Shown here in pieces: positions 51,155-63,889 of a stretch of DNA of 64,000 nt. The notes beneath the pieces are model-generated. The model searched no databases. It had not been told where the DNA came from and saw only the letters and a program-made list of their open reading frames with translations. Source of the stretch: Octopus sinensis (Eukaryota); the NCBI RefSeq assembly GCF_006345805.1, contig NC_043002.1, positions 3,348,001 through 3,412,000 on the forward strand. The letters are read 5' to 3'. The stretch's first letter is position 1; every line of letters starts with the position of its first letter. Position numbers and translations under genes: made by a program.

Positions 51155-51372
51155 GTGTGTGTGTGTTTGTGCATCTGTGTTTGTCCCCCTAGCATTGCTT
51201 GACAACTGATGCTGGTGTGTTTATGTCCCCGTTACTTAGCGGTTCGGCAAAAGAGACCGATAGAATAAGTACTGGGCTTACAAAAGAATAAGTCCCGGGG
51301 TCGAGTTGCTCGATTAAAGGCAGTGCTCCAGCATGGCCACAGTCAAATGACTGAAACAAGTAAAAGAGTAAA
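50946..51372 (+). mobile_element. tRNA-headed SINE, same family as 21787
   Basis: ggcgcaggagtggccgtgtggtaag...ggttcagtccc...gaaacaagtaaaagagtaaa. Older copies at about 12060, 12905, 25725, 26230, 42000, 47185. Confidence 0.88.
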
Positions 51373-53934
51373 GAGATTTTATATTTGTTGTTGTTTTCCT
51401 TATTGAGCTCAGTTTCCTGTTTCATGCATTCATGTTAAGGAAATCTTCCAATTTACAAGATAGCCATGCATTATAATGTAGTTAATTATGTCTGACCTAT
51501 AAGTTTTAAGATAAATTATAGCATTCTGTTGTAATAATATTTGTACGATATGATATTTCTGTGAAAATTGGATTCTTGTTCAAATATTTATTTACTAATC
51601 ACCTTGTCACTGATAATCTAATCTGCTCACTTCCGAGCTAAAAACCAACATTTTTCAACATTTTTCAAAGTTCAAAATGAGGCCAAAAGAGACATTAGAA
51701 TTATCAAAATTTCTAATACTGGGTTTTATTATAATTTTAGCTTCTATTTCTCTCATATGTTGGTTCTTAGCGAACTGTGTTCTTTTAGTCATCACCACTG
51801 TTCCATGTTGAGTTTTCCTCATGATTTTTCCACTTCACATTTACAAACTGTTTTTGGATTTCTATGGTTCACTTGGGATATAATATTTTTGTCTACAAAG
51901 TCTTTGCTTTGGTGTCTTCATTCAAACTTAAATCGGTCATCCAATTCCAGTGTTCTCAGCAGAAACCTTTCATTCAATTTACACTGAATGTGAGAACCTG
52001 ATTTTTCTCACAGACTCTTGGTTAGATTAACCTTCAGTCATGTTTGTCTAAATTCACAATAAACTTGATAGCAACAAGATTTTATCTCCAAGGCCATTGT
52101 CCTGACTAACTTGGTCAAATATTATCTTTGTGAGATTAAAATAATTAAACAAACATACTGATTATATAGTGATCTCTACTCTAATGTTCTGTAATAACAA
52201 TAATCCAAACAGTGCACACACACACATCTATATCTATCTATATATATCTATATATATGTGGACAGATGGTCTACAATATGACATATTGTCATTAGAGTTT
52301 TGTAACCTAGTCCAAAGAGGTTCCAAAAGCACCAGTATTGTTAGTTTAAGAACAGCATTTGTTACAAGATTCTTGAAACTTTGGTTCAGCAGAAATATTT
52401 TTTCTATCTTTATTTTTCTTTTTGTTTGTTTTCTTATTGTTGTTTGAAAGCATAATTAGCTGAGCAGGAGCAGAGGAAAAGATATATATATATATAATCT
52501 CTTTCCATCTTAAATCAGCTGTCTATTCTGGCATCTGTTGTCATGGTCTGAGCCAGTTGCGTTGTCAGATGGGACAGGCCTCTATCTTGTTGCTGCATCA
52601 TGCCCCCACACACATACACACATGTGGTCATCTACAAAGGACATAGAAATTATCTACATTGCATTTTCAAGCATTATGGCAGTTGGTGCCATTTTTTGTT
52701 TCCTTAGTTTTGGACGTTTAATGATCGGAAAAAAAATTGCCGTTTCCATATTGATGGCATATTTCAAATAAACTGATTGGATTCTTATGAGAACTAGAAT
52801 TAATATCATGTCATCACATCTCATGAATTCACTGTGCACAAAGCCAGCTTGTAGTGTTTTTCTTTCTGTTCTTACTAGCGCTTGATGACATTATTTTCAA
52901 AGCTAACCAGGAATAAATTCATCGGAATTTAGTAGTTTACAATTTAGGGAACAGCAACAGTTTGACTTTTAACGGTATAGACTTTAAGGATATGGATATT
53001 AGGAAGAACAGATATTAAAGACTAAATTATCTTAAAAATTTGATTTATGAATTTCATTTCAGCTAGTAGTTTTTTTTGTTTTTTTTAGTTGTGTGTATCC
53101 TCCTCTTTAAGTAATCAAACTTTTTGCTCTGTAACGAATGAAGTAACGAACTAACTTCTGTAATGAGATATTCTAATGAAAAATTAGACATTGCTAAATG
53201 AAAATTATGGAAATCAATCAATAAATATTGAAATGAATTCAAAAGAATTTAAATGTAATTAGCATTAAATGATGTATAAAATAATTAAGTCCAGCACAGA
53301 CTCGTTTTACTGAATGACAGCACATTAAGGGTGAAGGTTTTGATTATTTTGCAATTTGTAGCATTTGTGCCCTTTTTTTCCTCCCCAAAAGCATTCCACT
53401 TGAAAGAACTTAACATTTGCTGTAAACAACCAAATTAAAATCCAGACACAAAATTATGGTTATTGGGAAGATATTCTTAGCAACCATTGTTAATTCTCAT
53501 AAATTTATAAAACATTTTATAAATCAAATGAAGACATTCCCCCCAGTTCAAAAACTACTTTGATGAAAACCCATGGGGCTTATGTTCTTTTGGCCAGCAG
53601 GGTCTTCAAATAGACGAATACTGTGGAATGAAGTATTTCTTTGTTCCAAGAAATAGAGATACATACTTAGTGCTGATGATAAAGTTCCTGTAAATACTGT
53701 CATGTAGAAGAAATGAGGTTTTATTGAAATGTGGCCTTTGGATTTCTAATTAGTTATGCTCCAATTAGGAAATAATAAAATAGTTTTGCTGTTGGCAAAC
53801 TAACCACACAGAGGAAAATAAGAAAATAAAACAACAAAGAAAAAAAAACCTCTTTTAATAAACAGATTCCAGCTTTCAAGAATGTTCATGGTTAATACAT
53901 TGCAAATAATGAGCATTGATAATAGCAACTATAT

Positions 53935-54560
53935 CATCATCACCACCATCATTATCGTTTAGAGCCTGTTTTTCCATGCTGGCATGGGTTGGACGGTTTG
54001 ATTGGGGTCTGGAGAGCCAGAAGGCTGCACAAGGCTCCAATCTGATCTGGCAGAGTTTCTACAGCTGGATGCCCTTCCTAATGCCAACCACTCCACGAGT
54101 GTAGTGGGTGCTTTTTACGTGCCACTGGCATAAGAGTCAGTCAGGCAAGGTTGGCATCGATCACATTTGGATAGAACTTTTTTGTGTGTCACCAGAATGG
54201 AGGCCAGTCAGGGGGTACTGGCATTGGCCACTTCCAGATGGTACTTTTTACGTGCCACCAGCACAGGAGCCAGTCAGGCAGGACTGGCATTGACCACGTT
54301 CGGATAGTGCTTTTTACGTGCCACTGGCACAGGAGCCAGTCGGGTGCACTGGCCACAGCTATGATATTGGTTTTACTTGACTTAACAGGTCTTCTCCAGC
54401 ATATCATCTCACACAATGCCTCAGGGATGCTCTTAACATGGTTGCGATCTCACTTTAGTTGCTGGGTCTTCTCAATCACAGCAGATCTCCAAAGGTCTCA
54501 GTCTCCTGTCATTGCTTCTGTGAGACCCATTGTTTGAAGGCCATGCCTCACCACCTCATC
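53935..54560 (-). mobile_element. GAT-tailed SINE, longer variant
   Basis: Tail, core and 3-4 gccagtc..gactggc units. Confidence 0.8.
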
Positions 54561-56293
54561 CCATGTCTATATATAGAATCATATATATATGTATCTATGT
54601 ATGATAGAGAAGGTGCATATGGCACAGGACATGTGGCTTATGATCATAAGGTTGTAGGTTCATTTTCTGTAGCAGGCATTATGTTGTATCCTTGATCAAG
54701 GCACTTCATTTCGCATTACCCCAGTCTGCTTAGCTGTAAATGAGAGCCATCCCTTTCTTCCTCCAGTTGTCAATCTTTGATGTTGCACTGAGTCAAAGAG
54801 TGCGAGTCCCAAAAAGGTGTCTCGATTCCTCAGGCATCTTAAACAACTGGTGAAAACACGGGACCAGCTTCCAGCTCATACATGTTTGCAACAGCATGGC
54901 CACAACCTTTCGGCTGAAACAGATAAAAGAATATGCAATCACAAACAATATCTGCTTTGTTATTTTATGTAAAGTATGTACACACGTCCCAAACTCACAT
55001 GCGTGCCTATGTGTACCCATATATATGTAGAAAATAGTTTTAAGGTATATTTTTCAAGTCTATGATGGGATTAAAGCCTGATGAAAGGGTTTAGATATAA
55101 AGTGGTGGTGGTCATGGGGGGAATGCATTTTGTTTTAAGGGTTTTTGCTTCTTGTAAATTCTAATATTATTTTCAACCAAATTTTGGTAAACAAAAACAT
55201 TCCTTTGTCTTGGAGATCATAACATTAAAAAAATATATTAATGTTAATTTTTCGTAGTTCTCCTGTTGAAATTTTATTATAATTATTGTTATGAAATTTA
55301 ATTAGATTGGCAAAAGAGGGTGGGTGGGGGAGAAGTGTTCCTGTAGTAATGCACAAAAGTAGTTTAAATAATATATTTTTTTTTCTTGTTATTTGCAAAT
55401 GTAAAATATTGCTAATATTTTTACCTTGAAATAGATTTTTTTTGTTTTCCTTTGTTTTTTTTTAATAGCAGCCATTGTTTTTATTGAGTTACTTTTTAAA
55501 ACCATTGTTCTGATCACTTTTAGCTGCTTATCAATATTTTATGTTCTCACACTGAAAGTTCTTTCAATTAATTATTGTTATGCTAATATTTATTCTGGAG
55601 AGAGAGAGAGTGAGTGAGTGTCTGTGTCATAGTTTCTTGTAGCAGTACTAATTTTAGGCCAGTGTTGTGTGTGTGTGTGTAACTGAGTACATTGGACAGA
55701 TGCTGGCAGATGTCTGCCCATCTTCCAGACAAAGGGAGGAAGCGGGGATCTAGTTTTTTCTGCCTCCAAACAGATTTTATAGCCGTTTGTTTCCCCATTT
55801 TGTCCACTGTATTCTAATTACACACATGGCACTACCGACCCTTTTGTCTCCTTACAATAATTTAGATATTATACTCTCTCTCAGATTTACTTTCAATTAG
55901 ACACAATCAGTTATTATTTAATAATTAAATCTCCCTTAATTCACATTAATTAGAAGCAACCACATTTCGTGCAAATCTATTATTTAATGCACTTCCTCTC
56001 TCCACACTTTCAATAACAGAATTAAACAACTGCTTCATTTTTATCATTTGGCATGTGTTTTCTAAATAATGAAGTTTAATAAAAACTTTAAAAAATCAGT
56101 GGCATCACTTTTTTTTTTGTTTTGTTAATATTTGCTGCAAATGTCGATAAACCTGTCAATCAAATGTTGACAATGTTTTTCAATATTTGTAATTTTAGTT
56201 TCTTTCTTGATAATTTAGTGCATTTATATTTCAAAAGATAAATTTAATGTGAAAACTTGTAATTTTTTTTTTTTGTATTTGTATTAAGTTTAG

Positions 56294-56353
56294 GATTTGG
56301 GGTTTCTTTGGCATTCAGTGCCAATGAGAAAGAGTTTGTGCAAGTGTTGTGTG
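56294..56353 (+). CDS. Weak candidate 60-nt cassette exon, phase 1-1: GFGVSLAFSANEKEFVQVLC
   Basis: Poly-T tract then tttag acceptor; donor GTG|gtcagt; stop-free and more GC-rich than its flanks. Confidence 0.33.
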
Positions 56354-57322
56354 GTCAGTTGGAATAAATGGATCCTAAGGAACTGCAAAAAGTGTTGGTG
56401 TAAACCAACCAGAGCTTGAATGAAAGTTAAGGGCAGGTTTAGTTTTATGTCTTAACAAATGGGTTTGACTTTATTAATTATAATTGCAAATATGAAAATG
56501 TAAGTGTTATTAAAGATAGGCATTTGCGTGAAATAGTGTTCTTACCAGGTGTTAACGAATTTCTGAAAAGGTTTGTTGAGAGGAAGTGTTGACAATTATG
56601 TATGGAATAAAAATTACAAAAAAGACTTATTGGTCTGTTGTTGCTGTTGGGTAGCATTGGTTTAGTTCTTCTCAAACTGACTCAGAGAATTGTTTAGTGA
56701 AATATAGAATGGAAATGTTTTAGAAATATTTTGTGAAATTGAATCTTTTGCTTGTTGGTGATTGATAATTAAGTTGGAATTACATAAGAAATTGAGTTAT
56801 GTGAAGAATTATGTGACAATTCCATTGGGGAAGTTACGGAATTACCAAAGACTTTATTTCAGCTATTTTTTTTCATTTGTATTTTTATTTAAATTGTTCT
56901 GTTCTTTCCACTTCAGCCTTAAAGGGCTTCCAAAATGGCATAAATATTGTCCCTTTTCTTTTGAGTGTCTTATATAATTTGTTTTGTTTATTTATTTATT
57001 TATTTTTGTTAGAAACAAATATTTTAGTCATTTTTTTTTTTTAACCCTAATCAAAATTTTCTTCCTCAGCTTTTTCATAAGAAAAATTCTATTTTCAGTT
57101 TAGTTTCGTTTTTTTTTTTTTTTTTTTTTGCGAATAAGTTACAAAATATCTGAGAATATGGTAAAATCTTTTATAATTTTTATTGTTTGTTCTTAAAGAT
57201 GTTTTGTATTTAGGAAATTTGTGGTTGTTTAAATAGAATTAGAAAGAAATGGTACAAATGAATCTTGAGTAAATATATTGAAACCTCACTAATCCTTTTT
57301 TTCTTTCTTTAAATTGAATTAG

Positions 57323-57352
57323 ACCATGAAATTCCACAAACTATTGTTTACG
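57323..57352 (+). CDS. Candidate 30-nt microexon, phase 1-1: DHEIPQTIVY
   Basis: ACTAAT branch-like site at 57288, pyrimidine tract, ag|ACCATGAAATTCCACAAACTATTGTTTACG|gtaggt; GCATG at 57374. Confidence 0.6.
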
Positions 57353-57654
57353 GTAGGTAAACACAACTGTTTAGCATGTCTTTTATTTCCTACTTTATTT
57401 AGATTATTTATCTAAAGAATTATTTCATCAATTTTAATTAATTTTTTTTCTTATTTTTGCTGTTTAAAAGTTTCAGATTTGATAAAGACCATTTTAGCGT
57501 CGACAGGCATTCCAACTTTTAACTGTAGAACTGTCAAAATTTCTGCATATGAATCTTGCAGTTGATGTAGCAAACGAAATGTTTCAAATCTGTTTTCTTT
57601 CTAACTTGTCTGGAATTGGTTAGGGAGTTAAAACATATTTATGGAATTTCAATT

Positions 57655-57694
57655 ACAAACACACACACACAATCTCTGTATCTCTGCTCTCTTC

Positions 57695-57757
<63 letters not shown>

Positions 57758-57869
57758 AATGGTTATATTCTTATTACTACATTTTTAAAACTTTTTTTCT
57801 TCCAAAATAATTTTCCTCAGACATTTCCTATATCAGCATGGAAATGGCATTGCAGTTGTTTCTAACTTT

Positions 57870-57910
<41 letters not shown>

Positions 57911-58242
57911 AAAAATAAAAGAGTGAGAGAGAAAGAGTTGAAAGTTTTCATGTGCTAGAAAATGACAGAATTATACACCCCTACTCTCTCTCTCTTTCAC
58001 ACACACACATACACATACCCTCTCTCTCTCTCACACACACACACACATACACACCTCTCTCTCTCTTTCACACACACACATACACCCCCTCTCTCTTTCA
58101 CACACACACATACCCCCCTCTCTCTTTCACACACACACACACATACACCCCCTCTCTCTTTCACACACACACACACACACACACACCCACTCTCTCTCAC
58201 ACACACACACACCCTCTCTCTCTCTTTCACACACACACACAT
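57655..58242. repeat. Compound microsatellite block: (CA)n, (CT)n, (TG)n
   Basis: Directly visible; 57975-58240 has a repeating ctctctctttcacacacac unit. Confidence 0.95.
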
Positions 58243-61200
58243 TTATGTGTCTGTTTTATTTAAAACACCTCTCTTATATTTTTTCTTTGCTTCACAAAGT
58301 GAATAAATATTATTTTTTTCCTGAAATATTTTGTAGTAAATAATAATAATAATAATAACAGTTACGATATTATTATATAAAAGAATGTATCTTGTTGTCT
58401 TAATGGAAAACTATTGATTTGACCAGATGATTATTTTCTTAGTGAATATCTTTGTTTTTTTGTTTTCTTTGTTCTTTTTATTAAACATCATTTTAATAAT
58501 CTCCTCTCCACGTCTTGGTTGCTTTGATCATGTAACCACCACCACCACCACCATCACCAGAAAGCAAACTACCACCACCACCACCACCAGTAACTGAGGG
58601 TAGGTAGTAGTATACTGCTGCTATGCATGGTGTTTTAATTAATCTGTATTCATTAAAGACCCCCTTTTATTATTATCCATATTTATTTACCATGTCATTA
58701 AAATTCTCCAAGACTTCAGATTAAGAAACTATACTTATCACAAATAGCAAGAAACCAAATTTCTTAATATTTCCATTGAATAAAGTGGCAAACTGGCAGA
58801 ATCGTTAGCATGCTGGGCAAAATGCTTGGCGGCATTTTGACCGTCTTTATGTTTCATGTTCAGGTTCTACTGAGGTTGACTTTGCCTTTCATCCTTTCAG
58901 AGTTGATAAAATAAGTACCAGTTGCGTACTGGGGTTGATGTAATTGACTTACTCCTTCCCCTGAAATGACCTCCTTGTGTCAAGGCTTGAGACCAATATT
59001 TCTGTTGAGTAAAATCTGAAATTATTGTGGTTTACATCCGTCACAGTTCCAATGAAAACTTCATTGTTTTTCTTCTTGATCCTATTTACACTTTTTGGTC
59101 TCACTTGAAGGCAAAATTCTTCATCGTAACACTGGATGATCGAAAGTGTTATGTGCCAGAGAAGTTCATGTCTAATACATAGCTAATATTTCTGATATCA
59201 ATTTGTAACCCTGTCTGATGTTTCTGATATTTCCCCACCTTGATAAACAAAATGAATAATGAATTAAGGTCAAGTCAATTCACTTTATCTCATTCCCACG
59301 TTGCATAAGAGCAGCTAACGAGTGAGTTTTATACAAATTAACTAACCTAAAACAGCTGCCAATTTTTCTCTTTTTATAACTGCGTTCCTATGGTAACCAA
59401 AAGCAATTGAGCTTAAGGCTAAATCTTCATCTGTTCCTAAAATATGAAGTTCCCGTCTTTTTCCTTTATCCTTTTTCGTTCTGGATTCACTTTATATAAT
59501 CTAAGAATTTTCAGCACTATTCTGGTAGAATCCAAAGATTTATAAATTTGAGTAATTATCTTTGATTTAAGCAACATTTGTTTCCCAAGATATGCTTCTA
59601 ACATGAAGAGATATTATTCCATGCATGCAACAGAGAAGTTTACACAAGATTTCTGTTGCCAAGGACCTTTTTATTTGTAAAATTAACTAATTACAAGCAG
59701 CAAAGTGAACATTAGCCTAATGTAATTGAACAATAAATTTTAATTAAGATTAAGCCTTCAGTGAGGAGAAATGACATCAATATAGTATTAATAATTCTGG
59801 TAAAGAAAAGTAGGGGAGATAAATCAGGGGAGATGTTATTAGATAATAATGACCTTGTCTTGTTGGTTGCTGCTGCTGATATCTTGAAATTTGTGTCGGA
59901 TTAGGATTAAAGGAAAATGTGATTATCAGTTGAATGATGCTTGTATAGATGTTGTTGTTTAGTTACAACTCGAGTTCTGATGACATTTCAGCTCTGACCA
60001 CCTCATCTTTTTGTATGCTTTACTGTTTTAAGACTGTAAGATGTGAGTTAATGGAATTTGGTTGTTATTTCAAGCAGGTTGAATAGGGATTTAAATTGTA
60101 ATCATCATCACCACCATCACCAAAATGTCTATTCACCCTGCCTGGGTTAGATGGTCTTTTTCCAACCCACCTCATCCCCACTTGGGATTCCTCATCAACT
60201 CCTTCATAAGATTTACTATTTTGAGCTCAGCCTTCACCACTTCTTCCCATGTCTTCCTTGGTTTCCTTTCAGAAGGACCTTTTCTGCTCTCTCTTGTGAA
60301 TTTAAAATATTTCCTCATATTTATTTACTATTTAAGAATTTACTTTAAAGCATTCTGTTTATTCCTTCCTGGTGTCGTTTCTTTTTCTTTATATTTTTGT
60401 CTCTTTCTGTCTGTGTTTCTATTTACAGCCACAGTTATAAAGTTGTATCCCTATTAGGTTGGTGAAGAAATTTCTGAACCGAGACTCTTTTAGCATCATG
60501 TCTTCATCTCTAGAATATTTGTAAACAGAACCAAACAACTTGGGTAATTGTCAGGAAATTCGTTAACATAGAAAGGAGCCATTTTATTGGGTTCAGCTCC
60601 AGTATTTTTATCTCCTCTGCTGGATGTTTATCTTTAGTGTTACGTGGTCTTTCTAACGTCTTCATTGATAAAGACTTTCAGCCTGAGACGGACGGACAGA
60701 CATAAATATATTGTTCGCACAATAAGCAAAATGTCTAGAGTTTTTCATATCATAATGAAATTTGTATTTTGATTTAGAATCTTCTCTCTGCTGCAACGTT
60801 TGTTATTCCTGGAGGCTGTTAAGAATCTTAGATGAATGAAGTTTGGTGAACCTTGTTTGGCAGGCACCATTCCCGATCAGGAATTTTTAAAGTGAAAGAA
60901 AGACGTTGCCAAAGATTTCTAAATTTATACAATAATTTACTGCAAACAGAGAGGAAAGCTAATTACTTTGATGATTATTTAGTTGTTAACAAGCTCGTTA
61001 CTGTAATAAGGAGTCAAAATAGTTGCATAAGGAAGCGGTTTCTATTGTACGGCAGCTTTGCAACTGGAAATGAGCAAGAAATAAAAATGATTGGGTCTAG
61101 TCTTAACAATGGAGGTGGCTGAGTTTAGTTGCATGAATGATTTGCGACTAAGTAATGTATTATGTGAGTTGATGCCTAAGATGTGTAAGAAAGCTCAAAG

Positions 61201-61587
61201 GGGAAGAAAAATGATAGCACACGTTGGACTCTTTAACCCTTTAGCATTTAAACTGGCCGGATCCAGCCTCTCACACCTACCCTGCAATGTCATTCTAAAG
61301 ATAGGCAATCACATCTTTGAAAGATAATGCAGAATTCACTTTAAACCATGTGGATAAATAAGCATTACATTTGACAATGGTGAATGGTTAGAATCAAAAT
61401 CTAAAGATCTCACTGAAAATGCCGAATGGTTTCAATGCTGTTGCTTTTGTTGTTTTTGGTAGGGATCTGGCTAATTTCTTTTCAGGAAAGTTCATCTTGC
61501 TCTGGTACCCAGTTTCTGGTACCCTGTAATTTCACAAACTCCCTCCATTTAGCAATGCACCACTTCCTCAGCACTGGAATTGGCAGG

Positions 61588-62050
61588 CTACTTATCAGAC
61601 TTTAAATTCTTGAAATTCTTTAAGAGTAAAATCTCATCTATATGATAGACTATATTTCTGGGCTGAAAGATGGAAGCAATTCTTCTTATTAAAAGACTCC
61701 TTACTGAAGCCTCTCTGTCCAGTTGTAGACTCTTTGCAGTATTTTTAAGAAATGAAGTGAAAAGCTTTATTGATATCAATTGTGGTTAGATTATTATGAT
61801 GGTAGATTTTGTATTGACTGCATCTAATTTATAGTAGGAGAGTGCAAGGATTCAGCACAGTAGCTAGATACCATTTGTGTAGTGAAAAGTAGGATATTAA
61901 AAATAAATAACTGATAATTGTTTTAAAGATTAGTACTGATTGTAGAAGTGGAATGTTCGTTAAGCTTTAATGTGGTTGTGATCTTAGCTAGTTTTTATTG
62001 TCTTGAGTTGGTATAAATAGCCAACGATGGTAGGATATTGATTTTGGTGG
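61588..62050 (-). mobile_element. Highly decayed Penelope-like RT remnant (tentative)
   Basis: LQLDREASVRSLLIRRIASIF...IVYHIDEILL loosely parallels the PLE motif QxDGVAMGSPL...LANIF...RYVDDIF. Confidence 0.35.
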
Positions 62051-62999
62051 AGTCTTTGATGGTTAAATTTTATCTCCTCATCATTTTATGTCTGCCTTCC
62101 ATGATGATATAGGTTAGACAGTTGGACAAGGTCCAATGGGTTAAGGGACCATATTATGCTCTGGTGTCACAGTTGCGTATGTGTATTTGGTCGAGCCATG
62201 TCGAATGGGATTTTTCTAAATTTCTCTCCTGTCTTTTGCTAAGGAAGATGTGAGATTGTGTCGTTGGTGGAAAGTCTCCATATTACAAGTGACTCTTATT
62301 CTGTCTTTGTGATTATTAGAGTAGATTGGATATCAAATGTTTTCGTATCATTTGATGTTATTAAACAGTTTTTGCCACTAAGTTGTGTTGATTGGAGAAG
62401 TTAATACAATATCATGGCCTCTGCCATTATATTTTCAAGCTATTTATTAAGATCTCGTCTGAACCGACCTCCTCGTTAGGGAGTGTTCTCATTTGAAGTA
62501 TTCTGTACGTAGATGAAGCCTAATGATTTCATTTCTTCTGTTAAGAATCTGTTGTGAGAGATTTCATTGTTGTACAAGCTCTTCTGAACTTGCAGGATAT
62601 GAAGTTCACAAATTATTGGTGCTGGACTTACTGTCTACAACCCATGAGCAACTATTGCGACTAATCAGCTGGTATAAACTTAGGGTTAACTAATTTAAGA
62701 AACATAAAAATCTAACTAGGAATTATTAGACACTGACTAATATTATTTTGAGTCTTTTGGTAAAAATGGGAGATAACCATGGAGAAGTTTCTGTCACATT
62801 GGATGTCCTCAGCTAAGCAGAGATTTCACTGTATTTAATGAAGTAATAAGATAATCTTTTTGTAACTGCAAATATGCATTTGTTGCCAGAGAAAGATAAA
62901 AATATTCCCAGAATCAATCACTCTTTGATGCTATCTGCATGCTCCTCTCCCTACTCTCAAACCCATTGCAACATACATCAACAAACCAAAAGCTTAGCA

Positions 63000-63330
63000 G
63001 CTGAGACAGGTTGAATATTTTGAAAGAGGACCAGTGGTCTGTTTGGGCCCAAGGCAAAGAATTGGCTTTGGACTTGTGCAATTAGTGTTTTCTTTGGGCC
63101 TCAGCAATCCTGTTCTGTTCATAGGGGGTCACACCTCTGCTGGGTAGTTTTATGTTTGCATTTTGCAGGTGTTGGGGGTTGATCTTAAAAGCTCTTCAGT
63201 GAGGCCCTGAGTGTATCCTCGAAGCACTTTGCGTTCGCATGCCTTCCGCTAGTTTGCTGTAAAACAGTCTCTTGGGGGCGTTGTGTGTCAGGCATTCAAA
63301 GAAGGTGACCTGCCACATATTCTCTGATTA
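63000..63330 (-). mobile_element. Decayed RTE-clade LINE C-terminal fragment
   Basis: Minus strand resembles AGHL.xMPDT..P....KCFEDTLRASLKSFKI, like the RTE WAGHV.RM...RYKDTLKASLK motif. Confidence 0.6.
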
Positions 63331-63498
63331 GAACCATGACCAGAACTAAACTTTAGAAGGATGACAATTCATCTCTTGAAGAGTGGAAAGAAAAGAAATG
63401 TCTAGTAGAGATAACTGAAAATAATATTTACTTGTAGAAGTATATCTGTGAATATCATTGAAATCCTTTAAAACTGTCTCTGCAGAAAATGGGTTTAA

Positions 63499-63698
63499 CC
63501 CTTTCGTTACCAACCTAGTTGAAACCGGTTCTGGCTCTGAATACAAATGTCTTGTTTCCATAAGTTTTCAGTTAAAATCTTCCTTAGTCACAATTTATGT
63601 TCCTAACACTAACTGAATGATAACTAAATTCTTTTGTTATATTTAAAGTAATTGAAAGAAACACAGAACAGCTCAAAATAAATACAGTAATGAAAGGG
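63499..63698. mobile_element. piggyBac-like MITE, same family as 50689
   Basis: TTAA|CCCTTTCGTTAC...GTAATGAAAGGG|TTAA; body nearly identical to 50689-50909. Older relatives near 23285, 30130-30356, 46510-46740. Confidence 0.85.
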
Positions 63699-63856
63699 TT
63701 AAGAAAAAAATATAAACAGGATATTTAATCATGGCTTCCTGCTTCTTAATGGATTGTTTTATATATATTCCAAAATGAAAAGGAAAAATTGTATTTATGT
63801 AATCTATTTATTCATAATAATTTTGTTAATTTCATAAATTTTACCTCTCTCGGTAG

Positions 63857-63889
63857 AAGAGAAAATTGAAGCAGTTCAAATCACTTCTG
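63857..63889 (+). CDS. Candidate 33-nt microexon, phase 1-1: EEKIEAVQITS
   Basis: ttttacctctctcggtag|AAGAGAAAATTGAAGCAGTTCAAATCACTTCTG|gtatgt; stop-free. Confidence 0.62.

Larger units (their letters stand above)
1960..63889 (+). other. Span of a multi-exon protein-coding gene (uncharacterised protein); probably extends beyond both window ends
   Basis: Canonical AG/GT-bounded exons join in consistent phases (1,1,0,1,1) into a 160-codon stop-free reading frame; introns of 3.6-17 kb are filled with repeats. Confidence 0.88.

Noticed and set aside
52519-52545. 27-nt phase 1-1 exon
   Set aside because: Weak donor (gtctga).
57952-58306. His/Thr-rich ORFs
   Set aside because: Translation of CA/CT microsatellites.
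61486-61518. 33-nt phase 1-1 exon GKFILLWYPVS
   Set aside because: Good acceptor but poor donor (gtaccc).
62775-62820. Hammerhead-like CTGAGGA...GAAA on the minus strand (also near 41019 and 6380-6420)
   Set aside because: Stems I and II cannot be paired convincingly.
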